From an uncultured Candidatus Saccharibacteria bacterium (lineage in GTDB: Bacteria; Patescibacteriota; Saccharimonadia; Saccharimonadales; Saccharimonadaceae), in contig CAUSSQ010000001.1 of NCBI GenBank assembly GCA_963534385.1, positions 1 through 61,816 of the forward strand: a stretch of 61,816 nt of DNA, read 5' to 3'. This document shows, one piece after another, positions 1-9,749 of the stretch (positions are counted from its first letter, which is position 1; every line of letters starts with the position of its first letter). A program made the translations under genes and the position numbers. Under the pieces are notes generated by a model. The model did no database searches and had not been told where the DNA came from. It saw nothing but the letters and a program-made list of their open reading frames with translations.

Positions 1-83
1 TACGGTGCCGGACAAATACGTTAAGTAGTATATCAGATATCTGTAATATGGCAAATGCAGGGTGCTAGCCATATAATTATAGA

Positions 84-458
84 GTGGAATATCTTGACAT
101 CATTAAGAAGTATCTCCCCGGTACGATTAACGTCGTCAAACTCAACTCGTTTTCTTATGATCGACTTAATTTCGCCCTGCTTAGAATTAATAATGGCACT
201 AAGCATCCCACCGAGGCTGTATTATTCGACGGCGGAATAGCCGAGCCGTACACCGCCGACGACATCATCATGAGATTGACTGATGGACGAGACAGCACCG
301 GCTGGTTTCGCTTAGACGGCGCCGGTGTAACCGATCAAATGATAGCCGACGGCACTAGATACACCGGCCCTGATGGCCGGATCTACTTCTTAGCCTGTAT
401 TAATCGTCCACCTTCTATCGGTACTTCATCCAGCTCAACAGTAATTCCGCCTAGCTAG
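84..458 (+). CDS. hypothetical protein
   Basis: 124-aa ORF; GTG start 6 nt after TATAAT; no family recognised. Confidence 0.5.
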   Translation: MEYLDIIKKYLPGTINVVKLNSFSYDRLNFALLRINNGTKHPTEAVLFDGGIAEPYTADDIIMRLTDGRDSTGWFRLDGAGVTDQMIADGTRYTGPDGRIYFLACINRPPSIGTSSSSTVIPPS

Positions 459-536
459 ATTAGCAAGCATTATTTCTAAACTTCATCATAAAATGCTTCA
501 GCTATCAATATAGTACTCCAGTATCTCACAGCCTAG

Positions 537-1727
537 CTATCTCTCCAGTAGCCAGTCGGCAATATCGACGATACGGATACCCTCATACTGCATTTCCGAC
601 TGCCTCGTACCGGCAATAAGCAACTTCTGATAGCCTCCGGGGATATTGATAAGAGGAGCAACCTCACGCTCCATAGTTTCCCGCTCAATAATCAAGTAAG
701 AGACTTGGATATACAGCTTTTCACCGTCCTTAATTGCCACAAAATCAATCTCACTATCTCGCATCGCTCCGACATATACCTCATAGCCCCTACGCATCAA
801 CTCGATAGCTACGATATTCTCATATGTATCACCGAAGTTAGCTACTTTTGTCCCCAGTTTCGCATAGCGAAAAGCGTGGTCTGAAAGATAGTATTTATCG
901 GTAGAGGTAAGATATCGTTTACCCTTGATATCATAACGTCGCACCTTATAGAAAGCATAAGCCTCGCAAAGGTACTTCACATACTCAGCAATCGTCTTGT
1001 TCGATGCCTCAATCTTATTAGAGATCAGAGTATTGGTGATATTGCGAGTAGAGGTTGGCTTAGAAGCATTATCCATCAGGAAGTCAGACAGCCTATCCAT
1101 GACTGCGACATTCTTCACTCCGTGTTTTTCTTCAATATCACGCACGATCAGCGTATCATAAGTCTCACGTAGATAGCCGTATTTATCTTCAAGAGTCTGA
1201 TACTCATAAGAACCCGACATCCCACCCTCCCGGACATATTTATCAAAGGCTTCATATCTGTCTTGATAATCAAAGTATCTCATGAACTCGGCGAAAGAAA
1301 ATGGATAAACTTCTATAGTGTACGTTCGTCCCACAAAGAGCGTCGCTAGGTCACTTCCGGCGAGGAAGGCGTTAGAGCCCGTGATATAGATATCATATTT
1401 ACGGGAAGCATGAAGGCTATTTAGCGCCAGTTCGAAACCCTTACACATCTGTACTTCGTCGATAAAAAGAAAGTTTCTCTTATTATTGACATAGTGTTTC
1501 TCTACATAATCATTCAGGGCGTGATACTCACGCAATTCTTCGTATTTCAGAGAAGAAAGGTCAAAGCTGATGATATTAGCTTCTTTGACATTTTCTATCA
1601 CGTACTTTTTGAAGTCATCTAGAAGAAATGATTTACCACTCCGCCTCACCCCGGTAATAACCTTGATATCCTCTGTACCTATCGTACGGATAATATCGTC
1701 AAGATATTTACGCCTAATCCTTACCAT
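537..1727 (-). CDS. AAA+ ATPase (AAA_14 + DUF4143-type)
   Basis: Walker A GVRRSGKS, Walker B FIDEVQ, ITGSN, C-terminal EIDFVA..YIQV nuclease-like motif. Confidence 0.85.
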   Translation of the reverse strand: MVRIRRKYLDDIIRTIGTEDIKVITGVRRSGKSFLLDDFKKYVIENVKEANIISFDLSSLKYEELREYHALNDYVEKHYVNNKRNFLFIDEVQMCKGFELALNSLHASRKYDIYITGSNAFLAGSDLATLFVGRTYTIEVYPFSFAEFMRYFDYQDRYEAFDKYVREGGMSGSYEYQTLEDKYGYLRETYDTLIVRDIEEKHGVKNVAVMDRLSDFLMDNASKPTSTRNITNTLISNKIEASNKTIAEYVKYLCEAYAFYKVRRYDIKGKRYLTSTDKYYLSDHAFRYAKLGTKVANFGDTYENIVAIELMRRGYEVYVGAMRDSEIDFVAIKDGEKLYIQVSYLIIERETMEREVAPLINIPGGYQKLLIAGTRQSEMQYEGIRIVDIADWLLER

Positions 1728-1753
1728 GGCTCATCCTTTGCCCCATTATAGCA

Positions 1754-1795
1754 CTCGTTACACAAAAATGCATTTTTGCAATAATGTGTAACGAG
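1754..1795. repeat. 11-bp perfect inverted repeat (operator or rny terminator)
   Basis: CTCGTTACACA 1754-1764 / TGTGTAACGAG 1785-1795, with internal palindrome AAAATGCATTTT. Confidence 0.6.
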
Positions 1796-1807
1796 GAGAT
1801 CATTGCG

Positions 1808-3295
1808 CTATTTAGCGTACTCTATCGCTCTAGTCTCTCGGATAACGTTAACCTTGATCGTACCCGGGTACTGCATGGTTGATTCAATCTTATTAGCGAT
1901 ATCTCGGGCTAACTTGACCGACGACAGATCATCAATCTTTTCAGGACTGACCATCACTCTGATCTCTCGCCCCGCTGAGATAGCGTAGGCCTTGTCGATG
2001 CCGTCAAACGACGTAGCGATATTCTCCAGATCTTTCATCCGCTCAGCAAAGTTCTCCGAGCTGACATTACGAGCCCCCGGTCTGGCACCGGACATAGCGT
2101 CACAGACCCGAACGATGATCGCCTCCGGCGTAGTCGCCTCGATATCGTCATGGTGTGCCTCTATAGCATGAGCGATCCGCTCGTCCATACCGTATTTACG
2201 AGCCAGTGCTGCCCCGATGTGATGATGCTTGCCCTCTATCCGGTGGGTTACCGCCTTACCTACATCATGAAGCAAAGCAGCCGTCTTACTAATGCGCACA
2301 TCGGCACCGATCTCTTCGGCGATCATCCCGGCCAGCTGAGCCATCTCGATGGAATGCTTGAGAACATTCTGCCCATAGCTGGTACGAAACTTTAGCTCGC
2401 CCAGTAAATGCACCATCTCCGTCGGGATGCCAACTACACCGGCTTCCCGAGCGGCATCCTCGCCGGCTCGCTGAACTTCTTTATCAATCTGGCGCTCCGC
2501 CTTGGCTACCACCTCTTCAATCCGAGCCGGGTGAATCCGACCGTCTTTCATCAACATCTCTAGCGACAAGCGAGCGATCTGGCGTCGCACCGGGTCAAAT
2601 GAGCTGAGTACCACCATGCCCGGTGTATCGTCGACCAAGATATCCACCCCAGTAGCTCGTTGTAGAGCCTGAATATTGCGCCCCTCTTTACCGATGATGC
2701 GCCCCTTCATCTCATCATCGGGTAGCTCAATCGCCGTGATAGTCCGCTCAGCTGTCACATCAGAGGCGAGGCGCTCCATCGCCGTCACGATGATCATCTC
2801 GGCCCGCTGTTCGGCATCACTCTCAGCATCTCGTTGTAGCTTATCGACCAGCTCGACTAGGTCACCTTTAGTCTCTTTCTCAGTCGCCTTCATCAGTTTC
2901 TCGGCCGCCTGCTTCTTGGTCAGCCCGGCGATCTTTTCCAGCTTGGAATGAGCCTGCTCTTTGATCTGGATGATCTCACCCTTCAAGTCCTCTATCTCCT
3001 GCTCGCTCTGGCGCAGCTTCTCAGACCTGGTGTCCAGCTCACTAATCTTATTGATCAACGAGTGCTCTCGCTCTGCCACCTTGTCTTCAGCCTTCTTCAC
3101 CTCACGACGAATATCGTCAGCTTCTTTCTTAGCTGAACGACTGGCATTCAGGATGATTTCACTAGCCTTATTCTTAGCATCGGCGATCATCTGATCAACA
3201 GTCGTCTCTGCCTTAGCGTTACGGGACTTAGCGACAGCCAGAGCTACTCCGCCACCAATAGCAAACGCCACTAGGGCGATCAGTACATATATCAT
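1808..3295 (-). CDS. rny: ribonuclease Y
   Basis: N-terminal TM, coiled coil, KH motif MKGRIIGKEGRNI, HD domain LLHDVGK, C-terminal YPGTIKVNVIRETRA. Confidence 0.97.
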   Translation of the reverse strand: MIYVLIALVAFAIGGGVALAVAKSRNAKAETTVDQMIADAKNKASEIILNASRSAKKEADDIRREVKKAEDKVAEREHSLINKISELDTRSEKLRQSEQEIEDLKGEIIQIKEQAHSKLEKIAGLTKKQAAEKLMKATEKETKGDLVELVDKLQRDAESDAEQRAEMIIVTAMERLASDVTAERTITAIELPDDEMKGRIIGKEGRNIQALQRATGVDILVDDTPGMVVLSSFDPVRRQIARLSLEMLMKDGRIHPARIEEVVAKAERQIDKEVQRAGEDAAREAGVVGIPTEMVHLLGELKFRTSYGQNVLKHSIEMAQLAGMIAEEIGADVRISKTAALLHDVGKAVTHRIEGKHHHIGAALARKYGMDERIAHAIEAHHDDIEATTPEAIIVRVCDAMSGARPGARNVSSENFAERMKDLENIATSFDGIDKAYAISAGREIRVMVSPEKIDDLSSVKLARDIANKIESTMQYPGTIKVNVIRETRAIEYAK

Positions 3296-3478
3296 ATTGC
3301 TTCCTTTCTGGTTCTAGCCGAGGCTAGAAATGTATATCAGATTTAATCACTTAGTTCATACGGTAAAAACAGTCTACCTACGTTAATTGTAGCATACATG
3401 GTCCGGCAGACCGGGTTCTTTAGCTGCTTAAATCAAATTAGTCAACGAATATTTTAGCTAAGGTAGACTGATCGCTAT

Positions 3479-3862
3479 TTATTTCTTTGCTGAGGTGATG
3501 TGCGGTCTTGCTCCATAAGTCGGCAGGACGATTCTGTCGTTATCACCTGCTTGCAAACGCCTGACCCCACTATTTTGCCATTCATCCCCGGTAGTACCTA
3601 CTATGTTAATCTGCTGGGCATAGGCGATGGCATTAGCTACAGCAGCTCCGATCCGTAGCCCGGTAAAAGATCCCGGCCCCTTAAATACAATTATTCCTTT
3701 TAGTTCCTCATATTTACCACCGAGCAAAGCGTCTATCTCACCCGGCAGATCCCGGGCCAGCTCCCGATCAGCCAGCCAGATCTTTTGCTTTACTACTTCA
3801 CCATCACTAGTCAGTAGATATAACTCCACTTCGGCTTGGTCAGTCTTTAGTGCCAGATACAT
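3479..3862 (-). CDS. tsaB: tRNA threonylcarbamoyladenosine biosynthesis protein TsaB (short form)
   Basis: GPGSFTGLRIG motif; start moved to ATG 3862, 6 nt after TGgTAAAAT. Confidence 0.88.
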   Translation of the reverse strand: MYLALKTDQAEVELYLLTSDGEVVKQKIWLADRELARDLPGEIDALLGGKYEELKGIIVFKGPGSFTGLRIGAAVANAIAYAQQINIVGTTGDEWQNSGVRRLQAGDNDRIVLPTYGARPHITSAKK

Positions 3863-3919
3863 GGTCATATTTTACCACGAGGTCATGCTATAATTTAGTT
3901 AATTACTGGAGGAGGATAG

Positions 3920-4957
3920 ATGGCGAAGAAGGAAAGTAAGACGATGGCAAAGAAATCAGCCGATGATAGCGGCAGGAAGGAAGCGCTGGATCTAGCCGTT
4001 AGTCAGATCAGCAAGCAATTCGGCGATGGCTCGATCATGAAGCTGGGTGACGCCTACAAGATCAATGTCGAGACCTCGCCATCAGGCACTCTGTCGCTAG
4101 ACTTAGCCCTAGGTGGTGGCTACCCCAGAGGGCGCATTATCGAGATATATGGCCCTGAGTCATCCGGTAAAACCACTCTAGCCCTGCATGCCGTGGCTGA
4201 GATTCAGAAAGCCGGTGGTACCGCCGCTTTCATCGACGCTGAGCATGCTCTTGACCCACAATACGCCGGTCGCCTGGGCGTCAATATTAACGATCTACTG
4301 GTCAGTCAGCCCGACAATGGTGAACAGGCTCTAGAGATAGTCGAGACCTTGGTTCGTTCCAACGCCGTCGACGTGATAGTGCTGGATAGCGTCGCCGCTC
4401 TAGTACCTCAGGCGGAAATTGACGGCGATATGGGTGATAGCCTGCCCGGACTCCAGGCTCGGTTAATGTCCCAAGCCCTCCGCAAGCTAACCGGCATCAT
4501 CAATAAGAGCAAGGCAACTGTCATCTTCATCAACCAGATCCGGATGAAGATCGGCGTCATGTTTGGTAATCCCGAGACAACCACCGGCGGTAACGCCCTC
4601 AAGTTCTACGCCTCACAACGTCTCGATATCCGTCGGATCGGTCAGATCAAGCAGGGCGACGACGTGATCGGCAACCGAGTCAGGGTTAAGATCGTCAAAA
4701 ACAAGATTGCCCCGCCATTTCGCCAGGCAGAGTTTGACATCATGTATAACGAAGGCATTTCTACTACTGGTGATGTTTTAGACTTGGCAGTCATGCACGA
4801 TATCGTTCAGAAGTCGGGTGCTTTTTATAAATATAATGACGAGACGATTGGGCAAGGTCGTGAGGCAGCCAAAAAATACCTCAAAGACAACCCTGATAAG
4901 CTAGCCGAGATTGATAGCAAAGTTCGCCAGTCAGTCGCCGACAAAGAGAGTCTCTAA
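3920..4957 (+). CDS. recA: recombinase RecA
   Basis: [33 protein letters not shown] and TGcTATAAT upstream. Confidence 0.99.
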   Translation: MAKKESKTMAKKSADDSGRKEALDLAVSQISKQFGDGSIMKLGDAYKINVETSPSGTLSLDLALGGGYPRGRIIEIYGPESSGKTTLALHAVAEIQKAGGTAAFIDAEHALDPQYAGRLGVNINDLLVSQPDNGEQALEIVETLVRSNAVDVIVLDSVAALVPQAEIDGDMGDSLPGLQARLMSQALRKLTGIINKSKATVIFINQIRMKIGVMFGNPETTTGGNALKFYASQRLDIRRIGQIKQGDDVIGNRVRVKIVKNKIAPPFRQAEFDIMYNEGISTTGDVLDLAVMHDIVQKSGAFYKYNDETIGQGREAAKKYLKDNPDKLAEIDSKVRQSVADKESL

Positions 4958-4975
4958 GCTAAGCTTGCCTAGCCT

Positions 4976-5590
4976 ATGCGCATCACTAAGGTCGCCCCAG
5001 CTACCAGAACTACCGGTCGCTACAATATCTTCGTCGACGGTCATTACAGCTTTAGCCTAGATGAGTTTCAGTTGGTCCAGTATAGCCTCCATAGCGGACA
5101 AGAGATTGACGAGACTAAGCTAGCTGAGCTCCAAGCTGAGTCAGATTTTGGTAAGAATTACATCAGGGCGGTCGATCTGATCAGCCGACGACTCCGCTCT
5201 GAGCGTGAGATCCGAGATTACGCCAGACGCAAGCAGTGGAGCCGGGATAATACCGAGCGAGTCATCGCTCGTCTGTATGGTAGAGGCTACCTGAACGATC
5301 TAGTCTTCGCTCAAGCTTTTATTCGGTCTCGTCAGTCTACCCAGAAATATTCCCGCCGCCGAATCGAGCGAGATCTGGTCAATAAAGGTATTAGTCACCG
5401 GATTATTCAGCAAGTCTTAGACGAGGAAGCCGGCATGGCTGATGATGATGCCCTAGCTAATCTGGTCGCTAAGAAGTATCATCGCTATGATGATATCAAC
5501 AAGCTCAAAGCTTATCTAGCCAGAGCCGGCTTCAAATACGACGATATTAACAGAGCGATTGAGCAGTACCGCAGTAATCATAGTAGCTAA
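4976..5590 (+). CDS. recX: regulatory protein RecX
   Basis: RSEREIR..GYLND..FA, YLARAGF motifs; directly downstream of recA. Confidence 0.9.
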   Translation: MRITKVAPATRTTGRYNIFVDGHYSFSLDEFQLVQYSLHSGQEIDETKLAELQAESDFGKNYIRAVDLISRRLRSEREIRDYARRKQWSRDNTERVIARLYGRGYLNDLVFAQAFIRSRQSTQKYSRRRIERDLVNKGISHRIIQQVLDEEAGMADDDALANLVAKKYHRYDDINKLKAYLARAGFKYDDINRAIEQYRSNHSS

Positions 5591-5603
5591 TTAAACAAAC
5601 AAA

Positions 5604-6614
5604 TCACCTATCATATATCTTATTGTCACAGCGAATATTAATTCTAACGCCACCGCCCCTCGCCACAACCTTGCAGTATCCACCAACCGGATAGGTAAAT
5701 TTCGGATCAGTGTGACCAAAATCAAGACCTGCAACTACCGGGATATTTGGACTAATATTCTTGGAAAGAATGATGTCACTAATCGCATCTTCGGTCACTT
5801 GAGATTCTCTCTGAAAACGACCGATCAGAATCGCTCTCACTTGACAGAAAAATGGCTGCTGTACCAACGCCTGTAAGTGACGCTCAAATGTCTCAACCAT
5901 AGAATCATAACTATCATCCTCAATACACAGGACAACATCGCTAGTAATTTTCGGAAAATAGCCAGTACCATTCAACAAATTGAGACTACATAAGTTACCA
6001 CCAAGCACCGTGCCACTGGCTATGCCCGGCTGAATGACGTTAACACCGCTGTTTAACTGGCCACTGCGAAGTGATTTTTCATCGTAATCCCATGGCAAGT
6101 CGTACCACGTTTTTGCTGGATGAATAGTATATTCTGATGGTTTATCGACAAATAAACACTGCTGAAAATATTTCACCGAATAGTCACTCTCTGGCAACAG
6201 ACCGAAACAATAAAAATTTGGCATAGCATAAGTTATCAAGCCAGTCTTTGCTAAAATTGCATGATTAAGAACAGTAATGTCAGAAAATCCGCCAAAAATT
6301 TTGGGGTTAGCTTTGATAATTTGCCAGTCAATCTTATCAAGTAACTGATTTGAATTAAATCCGCCGATGGCAGCCAGAACGCACTTCACGTTACCGTCAA
6401 TAAACGCTTTGTGCAGATCTTCAACTTTTTCGTCATCTGTCGGGCAACCCCGTTGACCTCGAGAAAAAGCATTTTTACTAAACGTAATTTTTAACCCAAG
6501 CGATTCTAGCACACCTTTAGCTCGTCGTAGAACTTCTTCGTCAATATCACTTGCTGAGCGTGCCGGTGCAATTACCCTCACCTCGTCACCCGGTTTTAAT
6601 TTATCTGGTATCAT
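5604..6614 (-). CDS. S66 family peptidase (LD-carboxypeptidase / MccF-like)
   Basis: LKPGDEVRVIAPA, GFSDIT (Ser), GGNL, IEDD (Glu), DFGHTDP (His); SD AAAGGA before ATG 6614. Confidence 0.92.
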   Translation of the reverse strand: MIPDKLKPGDEVRVIAPARSASDIDEEVLRRAKGVLESLGLKITFSKNAFSRGQRGCPTDDEKVEDLHKAFIDGNVKCVLAAIGGFNSNQLLDKIDWQIIKANPKIFGGFSDITVLNHAILAKTGLITYAMPNFYCFGLLPESDYSVKYFQQCLFVDKPSEYTIHPAKTWYDLPWDYDEKSLRSGQLNSGVNVIQPGIASGTVLGGNLCSLNLLNGTGYFPKITSDVVLCIEDDSYDSMVETFERHLQALVQQPFFCQVRAILIGRFQRESQVTEDAISDIILSKNISPNIPVVAGLDFGHTDPKFTYPVGGYCKVVARGGGVRINIRCDNKIYDR

Positions 6615-6646
6615 ACATTTTTCCTTTCTCTTAAACTTCAGCAATT

Positions 6647-6696
6647 AAAAAATCCTCCCGCAGGAGGCTAAATAGTAGCAATAAGACACCTCCTGC
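6647..6696 (-). promoter_or_regulatory. transcription attenuator (antiterminator/terminator)
   Basis: minus-strand GCAGGAGG (6696-6689) pairs with CCTCCTGC (6667-6660); alternative CCTCC-TGCG-GGAGG + ATTTTTT (6667-6647). Confidence 0.75.
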
Positions 6697-6738
6697 CTAT
6701 AAGTGGAAGTGATGGTGGAGCGAGAATAATTTCGTCAT
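6697..6738 (-). CDS. His-rich attenuator leader peptide MTKLFSLHHHFHL
   Basis: ATG ACG AAA TTA TTC TCG CTC CAC CAT CAC TTC CAC TTA TAG, 7 nt after TGaTATAAT (-10 at 6751-6746); below the ORF-track size cut-off. Confidence 0.75.
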   Translation of the reverse strand: MTKLFSLHHHFHL

Positions 6739-6934
6739 ATGAGTCATTATATCAGATTCGCCCCGGTCGGACGTAAGTGGTGAGATTGACGGAATAGAAA
6801 TGTTGATTCTCATTATAGCGATTTGCAATACACACGATACAGTCAGACCAAAACATCCGAACAACACTTAGCGAATCAGTAAATCTACCTCTAAGCTTCG
6901 CCGCCAGTCTTTACCGGCAAACTCTTCGCTTAGG

Positions 6935-8068
6935 CTATTCGTTATTTATCGTACCTTCACCTTCTGTTATTTTAGAGTCTTCATCCATAAACTCATCAAG
7001 CGCCTTTATGATCAAATCGACAAACTTCGGTGTGTCTTTGGCAATGATCGCCGAGGAGGTGCTCAGCAACCTATCATCAGGAATATCGGTAAGCTTTGGT
7101 TGCTTATCGCCAAGGATCCTTTTTAGAATATCCCTCAGTCGCCTTGCTTCATCAGGCTGTCGGTCAAGACGTTTGTAACTAATAGCCGTGTAACCATCGA
7201 TCGAAACCGTGAAAAAAGAGCGGTTGAATCGCCCGGGGAATACAGGACTAAATGTGCCATATATCTTAGCCGTGCCCCAGTTAAACGAAGCTCCTCGAGC
7301 TTCCGACCAATTCCAAAGCTTATATACTGCTTCTTTTTGTTCCGGGCTAACGAGTTGACGATTGTTGTCAACAACTTCAAAAAATTCCTCCTTACTCCAT
7401 TTTCTTCGGGTAGGACTACCATGGCTGGTCGTAACTGTCTTTTTCACTTCTGCGCCATAGAGCTTCGGAATAACAATTTCAAACTGATCGTGTTTATAAT
7501 ACTCAAAATCAACAGCATAGATATCAAACTTACTATTCTGGTTTACGTAAACAATCAAATCCTTTAAGCGATCGTCAAGCTTATCCATGAGGATGACAAA
7601 TTTAATAATTCCATTCTCAAGGTTATGATGAATAGCATCGCTTGCTTGGGAAAAATCATCAAGTCCAAAGAATTCACAGAATGATTTTTCAAATGATTTA
7701 CTAAACTGCTTAATTGTGTGAGAGTTCAGTTTATCGACAAAAACATCAAAATCAGTCGAGTATCGCCACAACGATGCTCCGTAGTCAAGTGCCTGAGCTA
7801 CCACTGTCCGTTTGTCCTGATTCTTAAATAATTTCGTCTCAATAACATAAATATTACCGCTTTCGTCAAAGCCGAGAGCATCTATAGGACCGCTATTAGT
7901 CGGAAACTCACGGGCTGCGATAAATAGTTGGGCGTCCTGATTAATATCGTAAATAGGCACAACATCAGGATTATCATATATGTATTTCTGTAGATCACTC
8001 TCAATCCTAAAATTAGATTCTTCAAGTCGTTTAGCGTTTTTATTATTTTTTGAAACTACGATAGTCAT
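6935..8068 (-). CDS. PD-(D/E)XK nuclease, NucS/EndoMS-C-like N-terminal domain plus unknown C-terminal domain
   Basis: ESDLQ..REFPTNSGPIDALGFD..IYVIETK..VVAQALDY pattern. Confidence 0.65.
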   Translation of the reverse strand: MTIVVSKNNKNAKRLEESNFRIESDLQKYIYDNPDVVPIYDINQDAQLFIAAREFPTNSGPIDALGFDESGNIYVIETKLFKNQDKRTVVAQALDYGASLWRYSTDFDVFVDKLNSHTIKQFSKSFEKSFCEFFGLDDFSQASDAIHHNLENGIIKFVILMDKLDDRLKDLIVYVNQNSKFDIYAVDFEYYKHDQFEIVIPKLYGAEVKKTVTTSHGSPTRRKWSKEEFFEVVDNNRQLVSPEQKEAVYKLWNWSEARGASFNWGTAKIYGTFSPVFPGRFNRSFFTVSIDGYTAISYKRLDRQPDEARRLRDILKRILGDKQPKLTDIPDDRLLSTSSAIIAKDTPKFVDLIIKALDEFMDEDSKITEGEGTINNE

Positions 8069-8093
8069 ATAACCCTTTCTACATGTCTACTAC

Positions 8094-8144
8094 AAAAAGA
8101 TACCCCACCGGCTGTCTGAGCCCGGATAACTGTTGTGGGAGTAT
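8094..8144 (-). promoter_or_regulatory. long imperfect hairpin + T-run in the 5' leader of the nuclease gene
   Basis: minus strand ATACTCCCAC...GTGGGGTAT followed by CTTTTT, between TGcTAGAAT (8182-8177) and ATG 8068. Confidence 0.45.
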
Positions 8145-8250
8145 ACTTGATTGTTTAGACCTATTATTTTATATACATTCTAGCAAAAATAGCATGGATG
8201 TTACTTGTGCACAGCACACCTCATAACTCTTATGCTAAAATATATCCAGT

Positions 8251-8856
8251 ATGCTAGTAGGGATTAATCATCTGATTGGGGCACCGGTGATGAGTCTGCA
8301 GACCGGGCAGCCCCTAGCCCGTCTCGATAGCCCGATCATCAACCCCCGCAATCTGCGGATCGTTGCCTTTTACGTCAGTGGTCCGAAAGTAGATTTCAAG
8401 CCAGCCGTAGTCTTCACCGACGATATCCGAGAGTTTGGCGAGATCGGTGCCATCGTTGATTCGTCAGATAATATTCTGTCACCCGAGGGGATGGTGCGCC
8501 TACTGGAAGTGATCAATTATAACTTTCTCCTCACAGGGCTACCCGTATCAGACGATCATCACCAGAAGATAGGCAAAGTAGATAGCTTTACCGTCGACCC
8601 GGTTAATTTTATGATTCGCCAACTCTACGTCAAGCCGACCCTACTGCAAAGGTTCTTAGTGGCTAATGTGGTGATTAACCGCCAGCAAATTATCAAGATT
8701 GAGCCAAAGCGAATTATCGTCAAGGCTCCCACAGTCCAGCAGAAGCAAACTTCGCCCGGTAGCGAAGGTTCGCACTTCCTCGACCCCAAGCTGGACAATC
8801 CCTTCCGCAAGAAACCGACTCCCAGTCCGAACCAAGTCAGGTCGGATGACAACTAG
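8251..8856 (+). CDS. PRC-barrel domain protein
   Basis: two repeats of LIGxPV..G..D..(I/V)(N/D)P pattern. Confidence 0.7.
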   Translation: MLVGINHLIGAPVMSLQTGQPLARLDSPIINPRNLRIVAFYVSGPKVDFKPAVVFTDDIREFGEIGAIVDSSDNILSPEGMVRLLEVINYNFLLTGLPVSDDHHQKIGKVDSFTVDPVNFMIRQLYVKPTLLQRFLVANVVINRQQIIKIEPKRIIVKAPTVQQKQTSPGSEGSHFLDPKLDNPFRKKPTPSPNQVRSDDN

Positions 8857-8879
8857 CTAATCTCTGCTACAATATAGCC

Positions 8880-9749
8880 ATGGATGAGATGATCGCTCAT
8901 TATGTGCATAGCTTGATCAAGTGGTTTAATGATCTAAACTCGGTTCAGATCCTAGTGACAATTGTCGTCGCTTACCTACTATGTAAAGCAACTCGACCTC
9001 TGGCTCACACCATCATCAACCGCTTCGTTAAGGCACAGCGATATGAGACAAATCTAAATAAGATTGAGCGACAAAAACGAGCCAAGACTCTAGCCGATCT
9101 CTTCTCTTTTATCATCAAGCTAATGATCATTCTGACGGCTATCTACACCGTCTTAACTGATATGGGGATCAACCTAGCGCCGGTCATCGCCTCTGCCGGA
9201 GTGATCGGCGTGGCACTCGGTTTTGGCGCTCAGGCAGTTGTCAAAGATATGCTGGCCGGATTCCTGATCGTACTGGAAAATCAGTACCGGGTTGACGATG
9301 TAGTGCGCCTGTCTGGAGTCGGCTTCCCCAGCATCCCGGTTGAGGGAACGGTTCGCTCCATCACCTTGCGTAAGACTACTCTGAGGGATCGGGACGGCAA
9401 TGTTCATATCGTCCCCAACGGCTCTATCACCGAGGTCATTAACCGCACTTTAGGCTACTCTAAGTTCCGTTTCACCTTTGCCGTCGATGTCGGTACTAAT
9501 GTTGACGATATTATCAAAGTGATTAACCAGACAGGGGAGGACATGGCCCGTGATCGCACCTGGAGTAAAGCCATTGTCGACGCTCCGCATTACGACGAGT
9601 TCGGTACGATCGGCAAAGAGGGTATCAATGTGACTGTCAGCGGCACTACCATGCCCGGCTACCAGTGGAAGGTTAGTGCCGAGTTTCGCAAGCGTCTAGT
9701 TTCTAATCTGCAGAAGTCCGATATCTCGATCGCCGACCTTGAGGGATAA
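8880..9749 (+). CDS. mscS: small-conductance mechanosensitive channel
   Basis: ALGFGAQ..KD..AG..I..ENQYRVDD, GTV..ITLRKT.LR..DG..HIVPNG. Confidence 0.9.
   Translation: MDEMIAHYVHSLIKWFNDLNSVQILVTIVVAYLLCKATRPLAHTIINRFVKAQRYETNLNKIERQKRAKTLADLFSFIIKLMIILTAIYTVLTDMGINLAPVIASAGVIGVALGFGAQAVVKDMLAGFLIVLENQYRVDDVVRLSGVGFPSIPVEGTVRSITLRKTTLRDRDGNVHIVPNGSITEVINRTLGYSKFRFTFAVDVGTNVDDIIKVINQTGEDMARDRTWSKAIVDAPHYDEFGTIGKEGINVTVSGTTMPGYQWKVSAEFRKRLVSNLQKSDISIADLEG

Noticed and set aside
6860..6945. short minus-strand open frame (SLSEEFAGKDWRRSLEVDLLIR) as a gene remnant
   Set aside because: No start codon and too short to support a pseudogene call.
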